Source of the DNA: a virus
Taxonomy: Duplodnaviria; Caudoviricetes
Strand: one strand, 5' to 3'
IMG/VR virus record: IMGVR_UViG_3300036985_003137
Span: 1-60,725 of that record
DNA: 60,725 bases
This document shows positions 30,307-37,139 of this stretch, piece by piece. Below the pieces are notes generated by a model, which searched no databases, was not told the origin of the DNA, and saw only the letters and a program-made list of their open reading frames with translations. Positions within the stretch are counted from its first letter, which is position 1. Each line of letters begins with the position of its first letter. The translations under genes were made by a program, and so were the position numbers.

Positions 30307-30328
30307 TCTGTCTGTCTGTCTGTCTGTC
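30307..30328. repeat. (TCTG)5 microsatellite
   Basis: tctgtctgtctgtctgtctgtc just upstream of second class A hairpin. Confidence 0.9.
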
Positions 30329-30339
30329 TCTAAAGCATT

Positions 30340-30361
30340 GAGGCTTACGCCTCCTAGAGCA
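30340..30361 (+). promoter_or_regulatory. putative vRNAP hairpin promoter, class A
   Basis: GAGGC-TTAC-GCCTC then C-TAGAGCA; same loop, spacing and downstream 7-mer as 29954. Confidence 0.6.
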
Positions 30362-30420
30362 TGTTTGTGCATGCACCTGTCCACTTTCGGATACACGTTT
30401 TACCTATCAGGAGAATTATC

Positions 30421-30957
30421 ATGGCATTGCCAACAAGAGCAGCACGAGTAACAGCATCTAAATCTTCACGTCAAGATGCGTGGAAATTAGCGAATAAAGC
30501 GTTAGCTTTTCTTAACATTAACCTCACAGGTAAATCTACTGTGAAACTAGGTGCATTGAGCTTGCGTGAATCTAATTCATTCGAGAAGTCTATGTTTGAC
30601 AAGATTGGAGGTGATGCTGCCAAAGCTGCCAGATTGAAAGATGTGTTTGTACTTACATATAACAGTGTGAATTCAGGCAGCACAGGTTTAGATTTCCTTG
30701 ATGATCTAGATTATGTGGGAGATGTTACAGATGGGGATTCTACAAGAAACGTCATTGGGTATTTAAACTTTGCGATGCCTACAGGTGATGCAACCACACG
30801 AATTGGATCAATTGCCTTATTAAACAATAATCCTACACATCTGAAGCTAGATGTGTGGTTAAATCAAGATGCATCCAATTTAGATAAATTGCAAGACAGT
30901 ATGACTGTGGTTTATCACAGTTCTACGCCAGAGGCACGTGAATGTCCTGAATGGTAA
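30421..30957 (+). CDS. Drc-like ssDNA-binding RNAP II cofactor, two tandem domains
   Basis: AGGAG RBS, start MALPTR; AFLNINL...KLGALSL and GYLNFAMPTGD..TRIGSIAL...H..L recall LUZ7 Drc; early position. Confidence 0.6.
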   Translation: MALPTRAARVTASKSSRQDAWKLANKALAFLNINLTGKSTVKLGALSLRESNSFEKSMFDKIGGDAAKAARLKDVFVLTYNSVNSGSTGLDFLDDLDYVGDVTDGDSTRNVIGYLNFAMPTGDATTRIGSIALLNNNPTHLKLDVWLNQDASNLDKLQDSMTVVYHSSTPEARECPEW

Positions 30958-30965
30958 ATTGAGTT

Positions 30966-31000
30966 AAGCCAGTGCCCTAGCAATAGGGTATTGGCTTTTT
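30966..31000 (+). terminator. intrinsic terminator
   Basis: AAGCCAGTGCCCTA-GCAA-TAGGGTATTGGCTT then TTT. Confidence 0.85.
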
Positions 31001-31036
31001 AAATACAGATAGTCAGTATTTTATTTATCCTTTACT

Positions 31037-31052
31037 GCGTTCTCCGAACGCT
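31037..31052 (+). promoter_or_regulatory. putative vRNAP hairpin promoter, class B (N4-like GGA loop)
   Basis: GCGTTC-TCC-GAACGC; template strand carries C-GGA-G triloop; identical 16-mer at 35170. Confidence 0.7.
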
Positions 31053-31087
31053 CTTTCCCTTTTTTATTAATTAGTCTGGAATTATTT

Positions 31088-31318
31088 ATGTTTAAAGCAT
31101 TATTAGGTTTTACATCTGCGGCATTACAAACTGCAGAAAAGTCATTGGATGTATTAAATACAGGTATTGATGCTGCAGGTAATGTAGTCAGTGCTGCAGA
31201 GAAGATTACTAAAGTGGTAGACAATGAAGCAAGTGTGTTGAAAGGATACCATGACATCAGAGTCACATTGACTACACGTGAGCAAGAAATGCTTTTATTA
31301 GCTCTACAAGACGTGTAA
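31088..31318 (+). CDS. early protein, gp1-like amphipathic helix
   Basis: 76 aa, same pattern as 30009 ORF; GGA RBS. Confidence 0.65.
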   Translation: MFKALLGFTSAALQTAEKSLDVLNTGIDAAGNVVSAAEKITKVVDNEASVLKGYHDIRVTLTTREQEMLLLALQDV

Positions 31319-31327
31319 TTAACCACT

Positions 31328-31354
31328 AAGGCTAGTATTTCTACTAGCCTTTTT
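31328..31354 (+). terminator. intrinsic terminator
   Basis: AAGGCTAGTA-TTTC-TACTAGCCTT then TTT. Confidence 0.8.
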
Positions 31355-31373
31355 ACTTTAACCGGAGATAGTC

Positions 31374-32306
31374 ATGCAAGCACAGATTGAACAGCACTAC
31401 AGTAAAGACAAAATAAGACGAATGATGAAATCATTCATTGTCGATAACATTGAGCCAGAGCAGATTGAACAAGGTGTAAAGCTGTTAACTGAGTGGATAA
31501 ATGTTGATTATTATCCCAGTAAGAATCGTAGATTGTTACATGTACGTGATTTAGATTTATCTAAGATAGTTGTTGATGTAATAGTAGGCACACTATCATT
31601 TACTGAAGAAACATTGCTTACAAATGCTGTAGGACAGTTAGCAGGTTTATTAAAGATGTCTGACAAGTTAGATAGTATTAAAACTATGTCAGAAGTATTG
31701 GCTATCTTATGTGAGCTTGATTTATATGATCTAAATAAAGATGATGAAACTGATAGCTGGACTATTATCAGTTTAATTGAACTACCTGAAGAAATCCAAG
31801 ACCAACAAGTACGTAGTATGTACCTTCCTCCAATGATTGTTAAGCCAGAAATACTTACACATAATATGGATAGTGGGTATCAGACACAGCATTCTAGTTT
31901 GATCTTAGGTAGTGGAAATTACCATGAAGGAGACATTACATTAGATGCATTGAACATTATGGCATCAGTACCCTTGAGTATAAATATCGAGTTTATCAGC
32001 ACTATTAAAGAAGAGCCAAATAAAGAAATCTCAGCTGATTTGATATTAGAAGATTACCCAGAATTAACAGATGAAGAGGCTATTGAAGAAGCAAAGTTTA
32101 GGATTGCTATGTTTGATAGATTTGTAAAACAGTCACAAGAAGTATGTGATTTATTGATTGAGACTGGGAATAAATTCTATCTAAATCAAAAGGTTGATAA
32201 AAGAGGTAGAGTATATGCACAAGGATATCATGTAAGTACAGCAGGTGCATCGTACAAGAAAGCAGCAATAGAGTTATACAACGAAGAAATAGTAGAAGGC
32301 ATTTAG
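31374..32306 (+). CDS. RNA polymerase II subunit 1 (N4 gp15-like)
   Basis: YLPPMIVKP, SGY...SLILG, DKRGRVYAQGYHV (T7-type DxRGR motif). Confidence 0.92.
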   Translation: MQAQIEQHYSKDKIRRMMKSFIVDNIEPEQIEQGVKLLTEWINVDYYPSKNRRLLHVRDLDLSKIVVDVIVGTLSFTEETLLTNAVGQLAGLLKMSDKLDSIKTMSEVLAILCELDLYDLNKDDETDSWTIISLIELPEEIQDQQVRSMYLPPMIVKPEILTHNMDSGYQTQHSSLILGSGNYHEGDITLDALNIMASVPLSINIEFISTIKEEPNKEISADLILEDYPELTDEEAIEEAKFRIAMFDRFVKQSQEVCDLLIETGNKFYLNQKVDKRGRVYAQGYHVSTAGASYKKAAIELYNEEIVEGI

Positions 32307-32341
32307 ACCTTCACATTTAATAATAAAATCGGAGTGTTAAT

Positions 32342-33069
32342 ATGTTCAAAAGATATAGTGGATGGCAGTGGATGTTAATCAATGCAGCAAATTTAGCAGG
32401 CAAAGATAAATTAACTCATGAACAAAGATTAGATTGGGCTACAGAAAATTTAGGTAAATTGGAAAGTCTTGTAGACGAAGCAGGTAGTGATTACCCACAG
32501 TATATCTCTGCTGTCATGGGTATTAGAAAAGCACAGAATAAACATCCTACAGGACTCTTAGTTACTGTAGATGCAGTATGTAGTGGTATGCAAATAATGA
32601 GTGCTTTAACTGGGTGTTTAAATGGTGCTAAGGCTACTGGATTAGTTGATGATGATCGTAGACCTGATGCATATGCAAGTGTTACAGAAGCCATGAATAA
32701 GAAATTAGGTGGCACACTAAATATCAGTCGTGATGATGCAAAGAGGAGTGTTATGACCTCATTTTATGGTAGTGAGAAAGTACCAGGAGAAGTATTTGGT
32801 GAAGATACAATTGAGCTAGATACTTTCTATGAAGTCATGCAACTAGTAGCACCAGGAGCTTGGGGACTGTTAGGTAAGCTAAAATCAGCTTGGAATCCAG
32901 GTGCATTAGCACATTCATGGAAATTACCAGATGGATTTGATGCTGTAGTTAAGGTCATGGCATCATTTGAGAAGCGGATTGAAGTAGATGAGTTAGATCA
33001 TTCCACATTCACATACTACTACAGCGAAAACCAAGGTAATAAGAAAGGTATTAGTCTTGTAGCTAACGT
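32342..33069 (+). CDS. RNA polymerase II subunit 2 (N4 gp16-like), exon 1
   Basis: KDKL...RL.W, motif A DAVCSGMQI, motif B RDDAKRSVMTSFYGS, W.LPDGF; ends SLVANV. Confidence 0.92.
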
Positions 33070-34125
33070 AGAGTAACTGCGTCACTCATTTGAGAAAATG
33101 AGCAGAAAACAAGGTGAATTGCTGGAACGCTAAGGGAGAAATCCTATGCCAATCAGCAGGTAAGCTTAGAGAGTAATCTCTTTGAAACTTCAGAGACTAG
33201 AACGAGAAGCCTGTATACAGGTCAATAATGTTCGTAGGATACTCAAGTGAGATCCGAAGTGCCTTGCTCCTACTGGAAACAGAGGATGAAGATATAGTCC
33301 GATACTCCAACGAAAGCTGGAGACTTAATATAAATAGTTCTATCCTTAAGCATCTAAGCAGTGTACTATTACATTGATTTAATTAATAAGGAGAAGAGAT
33401 GAAAACCGTAACTGTAAGAGCTAAAAGACCTATAGTTGATATAGCACAAGAACGCTTTGGATCATTAGTAGCCAAAGAGTTTAGTCATAAAGATGCTATT
33501 GGGAATGTATATTGGATTTATACCTGTGATTGTAACAAGTTGCTCACAGCTAGATCCAATGTGATTAAACACCAAACTATACTAAAAAATGATCCTGAAT
33601 TACCTTCATGTGGTTGCGTAGGAATTGCCAGAAAAACAAGGCATGGATATCGCACAGCAAAGAACACACACCCATTATACAGAGTCTACAGAGGCATGAT
33701 GGGTAGATGTTATAGCGAAAGTAATGAAGGAGCTAAGTGGTATGGTGATATTGGTGTAACTGTATGTGATGAGTGGAAAAATAACCCTGAAGCATTTATT
33801 AAATGGGGTTTAGATAATGGATGGAAGCCGAGTCTACATATAGACAAAGATATTCTATCTGAACAGCTATCAATTCATCCTCACATATACAGCCCACAGA
33901 CGTGTCAGTTTGTATCAGCAAAAATCAATGTAGGTTTTGCAACAAACAGGGACAATTACGGTAAGCACCCTAATGTAAAATTATCTCATGATGATGTAGA
34001 AGCTATTAATATTTTAAGAGCTAAAGGATTATCAGGACCTAAGATTGCAGAACAATTTGGTGTTACAGCATGTTCTATTTATGCAGTAATTAAGGGCTAA
34101 GAGAAGCGTCTTAGCTTAACATTTG
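33070..34125 (+). mobile_element. group I intron (IA-type core) with homing endonuclease
   Basis: P1 ACGU/AG...CUGCGU with U-G at splice site; P2 with GAGA loop; P AATTGCTGGAA, Q AATCAGCAGG, R TCAGAGACTA (33190), S AAGATATAGTCC (33289); terminal G 34125; splicing restores ANVVHSIDA. Confidence 0.93.
33399..34100 (+). CDS. intron-encoded HNH-family homing endonuclease with C-terminal HTH
   Basis: FGSLVA...CDC...SCGC...RCY...YGDIGVTVCDEW...HIDKD...YSPQTCQFVS...N; HTH IAEQFGVTACSIY; AAGGAG RBS. Confidence 0.85.
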   Translation: MKTVTVRAKRPIVDIAQERFGSLVAKEFSHKDAIGNVYWIYTCDCNKLLTARSNVIKHQTILKNDPELPSCGCVGIARKTRHGYRTAKNTHPLYRVYRGMMGRCYSESNEGAKWYGDIGVTVCDEWKNNPEAFIKWGLDNGWKPSLHIDKDILSEQLSIHPHIYSPQTCQFVSAKINVGFATNRDNYGKHPNVKLSHDDVEAINILRAKGLSGPKIAEQFGVTACSIYAVIKG

Positions 34126-34639
34126 AGTTCATAGCATTGATGCATTTATTATGCGTGAGATGCACAGAAGATGTAATTACAACCAAGATACGCTTATGGA
34201 TGTTAGTAACCTAATTGAAATTGAGTTACTATCCAGAGAACTAATGAAGCCAGATATATTAGGTAAGAAGTCTCAAGCTACGTATTATGAAGAGTTGTAC
34301 CGTTGTAGTGGTGTTTGTAGTATAGCAGCTGTAAATCATATCACTAATACTACGGTTAAAGGCTTAGATAGTACCTATTTAGGTGAAATGAGTAGAATTA
34401 TCAACATGATCCTAGAACATAAATCCTTTGAATTGGTCTCATTACATGATGCATTTTCAGCTCATGCTAATAATGTAAACCAAGTAAGATGGCATTATAA
34501 AGAGATCTTAGCTGAATTAGCTGACAGTAACACTTTGAGAGATGTTCTAACTCAAATCAATCCACGTATGGAACAGTTTCAGAAGTTGTCTAATACTCTA
34601 TCTGAAAAGATTAGACAGAGTAGTTATGCACTTACATAG
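34126..34639 (+). CDS. RNA polymerase II subunit 2, exon 2
   Basis: (V)VHSIDAFIMREMHRRC...motif C LHDAF...SSYALT; spliced CDS 1242 nt = 413 aa. Confidence 0.92.
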
Positions 34640-34645
34640 TATTAC

Positions 34646-34677
34646 AGGTGGTATTGAATTACTCAGTATCACCTTCT
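34646..34677 (+). terminator. stem-loop/terminator after RNAP II
   Basis: AGGTGGTATTGA-ATTAC-TCAGTATCACCT, weak T-rich tail. Confidence 0.55.
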
Positions 34678-34707
34678 ATTTCTAATCAAATAACTTAAGA
34701 GAATAAA

Positions 34708-34956
34708 ATGAAAGCGATATTATTATTAACAATGCAAATGTTATCAGTACAGACTTCAATGGATATCAAAGGTGGTTATGTTGCTGAAGATAGAAGAACA
34801 CTATCAACTACTACAATTGAGTACGCATCAATTACTGCATGTAGAAATGGTAGAGAAGAGCTACAGCTAGCCTTTGGAGCCTACCAAATGTCTAAAGTAC
34901 ACACGAATATCATGAGTGCAGTTTGCATCGATACAGACACAGGATCAGTACAATGA
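34708..34956 (+). CDS. hypothetical protein, possible signal peptide
   Basis: 82-aa ORF with hydrophobic N-terminus and two Cys. Confidence 0.6.
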   Translation: MKAILLLTMQMLSVQTSMDIKGGYVAEDRRTLSTTTIEYASITACRNGREELQLAFGAYQMSKVHTNIMSAVCIDTDTGSVQ

Positions 34957-35153
34957 ACAATTATAAACATGTAATTGCTGTTGCTTTAGTGGGCTTCATT
35001 ATTGGAGCTGTAGTTAGTATTGTGGTGTATCCTATGACACATAAAGGGTATCACGAAGTACTTAAAACGAATATTGGAGAATTTATCTTAAGAGAAGGTA
35101 AAATCTACACAGTATATGAAATGCAAAGAGATATGATGACAGGTGGAAAATAG
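34953..35153 (+). CDS. small membrane-anchored protein
   Basis: ATGA overlap start MNNYKH; one TM segment. Confidence 0.6.
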   Translation: MNNYKHVIAVALVGFIIGAVVSIVVYPMTHKGYHEVLKTNIGEFILREGKIYTVYEMQRDMMTGGK

Positions 35154-35169
35154 TATTATGATCATGAAG

Positions 35170-35185
35170 GCGTTCTCCGAACGCT
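35170..35185 (+). promoter_or_regulatory. putative vRNAP hairpin promoter, class B
   Basis: GCGTTC-TCC-GAACGC-TTTTG; identical core to 31037. Confidence 0.65.
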
Positions 35186-35192
35186 TTTGTGG

Positions 35193-35214
35193 TTTTTTTT
35201 TTTTTTTTTTTTTT
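35193..35214. repeat. T22 homopolymer
   Basis: 22 consecutive T in intergenic DNA. Confidence 0.9.
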
Positions 35215-35399
35215 GTTAAAAAGATAGTCAACTAGAAGTTCTCAAATACTTCTTACCGATATACTAATAAAGTCAAATAATGAATTTTGACTATATACAG
35301 CCGATACTCTAAAACTAATATACTAATATATTTAGTTAAGTATATAATACGTTGAGATTTACCTTATTACCCTAGTTCTCCTAAAGAACTCTCCCACTC

Positions 35400-35429
35400 G
35401 CCTCTGTTTTATAACAGGGGCATTTTTTT
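35400..35429 (+). terminator. intrinsic terminator
   Basis: GCCTCTGTT-TTAT-AACAGGGGC then A and T7. Confidence 0.8.
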
Positions 35430-35449
35430 ATCTAATCTAAGAGTTATAC

Positions 35450-35647
35450 ATGTCAGATAATGAAATACCACCATATTATTGTGACTATCTTGATATAGAT
35501 GGTCAAAGAAGTAGACTATTACTACACCCAATTAAGGTTTGGTTTGGTATTACTAATGAGTTTACTGAAGCCACATGGCTAATGTCAGCAGTAAATGTAG
35601 TAACAGATGAAGAAGTTATTCTATCAATGAGCCACATCAATGTTTAA
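35450..35647 (+). CDS. small WYL-like domain protein
   Basis: R...P..VWFG.T.....WLMSA.N pattern resembles stand-alone phage WYL-fold proteins. Confidence 0.45.
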   Translation: MSDNEIPPYYCDYLDIDGQRSRLLLHPIKVWFGITNEFTEATWLMSAVNVVTDEEVILSMSHINV

Positions 35648-35689
35648 GATACTCCAGTTTTTTTAATTTTATTTTTATAGGTACAGTAG

Positions 35690-36103
35690 ATGTCACCAAC
35701 AATTTCATGTGTAGGAACAATACCTACCAAAACTTATCCAACAGATGCTGGATTTGATCTCATAGCAAGCAGAGATATTATAATTCCTGCCAGAGATAGC
35801 GCTATTATTGGTACAGGTACCCATATTAGTATTCCTTTAGGTTATGTAGGTTTAATTTGGAGTCGAAGTGGACTCTCTTGTAAACATAAACTTGAGGTAG
35901 GTGCAGGATGCATTGATTATGGATATACAGGTGAATTATTAGTTCATTTACACAATTTATCTGATACCCTTTATGATGTACATAAGGGAGATAAGATTGC
36001 ACAACTTTTAATTATGCCTATACTACTTCCTACATTTGAATCAGTAGACAAACTACCTGAAGCAGATAGAGGAAATAATGGATTTGGAAGTACTGGTAAA
36101 TAA
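35690..36103 (+). CDS. dut: trimeric dUTPase
   Basis: AGFDL, SRSGL, GCIDYGYTGEL, KIAQL, RGNNGFGSTG. Confidence 0.95.
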   Translation: MSPTISCVGTIPTKTYPTDAGFDLIASRDIIIPARDSAIIGTGTHISIPLGYVGLIWSRSGLSCKHKLEVGAGCIDYGYTGELLVHLHNLSDTLYDVHKGDKIAQLLIMPILLPTFESVDKLPEADRGNNGFGSTGK

Positions 36104-36107
36104 CCCA

Positions 36108-36183
36108 GGGACAATAGCACAATGGTTAGTGCTCTGACCTCATAAGTCAGCGGTTATAGGTTCAAGTCCTATTTGTCCCACCA
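36108..36183 (+). tRNA. tRNA with CAU anticodon (Ile2 or elongator Met)
   Basis: Acceptor GGGACAA/TTGTCCC, D stem GCAC/GTGC, anticodon CTGAC-CTCATAA-GTCAG, T arm ATAGG-TTCAAGT-CCTAT, encoded ACCA. Confidence 0.93.
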
Positions 36184-36225
36184 ACAGCTTTAAAAACTAA
36201 GTCAAATAAAAAGGAGGTGAATATC

Positions 36226-36303
36226 ATGGCAAAAGCTAAACCAATGAAAAAAGATAAAGATGGCGATATGGATGGAAGTAAAAAGAAAAAAGAGAAATGT
36301 TAA
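36226..36303 (+). CDS. 25-aa Lys/Asp-rich micro-protein (not in ORF track)
   Basis: AAGGAGGTGA SD 5 nt before ATG; MAKAKPMKKDKDGDMDGSKKKKEKC. Confidence 0.6.
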   Translation: MAKAKPMKKDKDGDMDGSKKKKEKC

Positions 36304-36317
36304 AGTCCTCTTAAAGT

Positions 36318-36665
36318 ATAGCTCAGGTCACAGAGAGTATAACTTGTGATGACAGCTGGAAAGACAGCACCATCAAGATACTAGTTCTTTGAAACACACA
36401 CCTGGATTCAGCTTTGGTAAGTGGCTCGCTGATTCTAAGTCGGTGCGGATAAACGGAAGGTGTTCTAACTTACTCCCTTTTCTACGCGAAGGACTAGTAC
36501 CTTGATAGTCCTGATAGGCTAAATACCCGTTTCTCCGAGGGTTTATTCGGAGAGTCTATATTTAAGGACTCTACTTAGAGTATTTAAATGCAGGCAACTG
36601 CAGATCCAAGAACTTCGGAATAGGGATGGGATCTCCTCCAGCCTGTAGAGGCTAAATACAGGCAC
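36318..36665 (+). ncRNA. structured non-coding RNA(s), family not recognised
   Basis: Long-ORF-free; many stems with G-U pairs: 36372-36391/36487-36506, 36398-36403/36458-36463, 36507-36520/36553-36570, TGCAG-GCAA-CTGCA, GCCTGTA/TACAGGC. Confidence 0.6.
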
Positions 36666-36673
36666 TATTATTC

Positions 36674-36695
36674 ACCCACATAAGTGGGTATTTTT
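36674..36695 (+). terminator. intrinsic terminator
   Basis: ACCCAC-ATAA-GTGGGT then ATTTTT. Confidence 0.7.
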
Positions 36696-36709
36696 ATATC
36701 TGGAGTTTT

Positions 36710-37033
36710 ATGAACGAACCAATAACAGGTATCAAGCACGACCAAGGTAAGGCACCCTTACACTTGTTAAACCAGGAAGCACTAATTGAGACTGCTAAAG
36801 TCTTTGGATATGGTGCACAGAAATACTCTGCAAATAACTGGCGTAAAGGTATCAATTTAACCCGCATATTAAATGCAGTAGAAAGACATTGTATGGAATT
36901 ACAGCAAGGTAATGATATTGATGAAGAATCAGGATTACCACACGCTGCTCATGCAATTGCAGGGCTCATGATGTTCATGGGCATTAATAAACACTCACCA
37001 GAATATGATGACAGGTATAAGAACCATGATTAA
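36710..37033 (+). CDS. dATP/dGTP diphosphohydrolase (DUF5664-like)
   Basis: GIKHDQGK...GAQKY..NNWRKG...RH...DEESGLPHAAHA. Confidence 0.85.
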   Translation: MNEPITGIKHDQGKAPLHLLNQEALIETAKVFGYGAQKYSANNWRKGINLTRILNAVERHCMELQQGNDIDEESGLPHAAHAIAGLMMFMGINKHSPEYDDRYKNHD

Positions 37034-37139
37034 TGCAGAATGGGTAAATTTAAGTTTATTAGTTTTAGGTACTCTCTGGGTATTTGGATTCATTCAATTT
37101 GGTAAAACGGAGAGAGATAATGACAACACGAGCAGATAA
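37026..37139 (+). CDS. 37-aa single-TM micro-protein (not in ORF track)
   Basis: Overlaps upstream stop and thyA start; MINAEWVNLSLLVLGTLWVFGFIQFGKTERDNDNTSR. Confidence 0.45.
   Translation: MINAEWVNLSLLVLGTLWVFGFIQFGKTERDNDNTSR

Noticed and set aside
30361-30420. Track start of the Drc-like ORF at 30361
   Set aside because: ATG overlaps the promoter motif; the AGGAG RBS supports 30421
32342-34639. RNAP II subunit 2 as a pseudogene, intein host or two separate genes
   Set aside because: A stop follows exon 1, so not an intein; complete group I core and splice sites restore the frame exactly
35287-35315. Sigma70 promoter TTGACT-17-TAAAAC
   Set aside because: -10 box lacks the conserved final T and such matches are common in AT-rich DNA
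36318-36372. Second tRNA gene
   Set aside because: No acceptor stem, anticodon arm or TTC loop; kept only as a tRNA-like element
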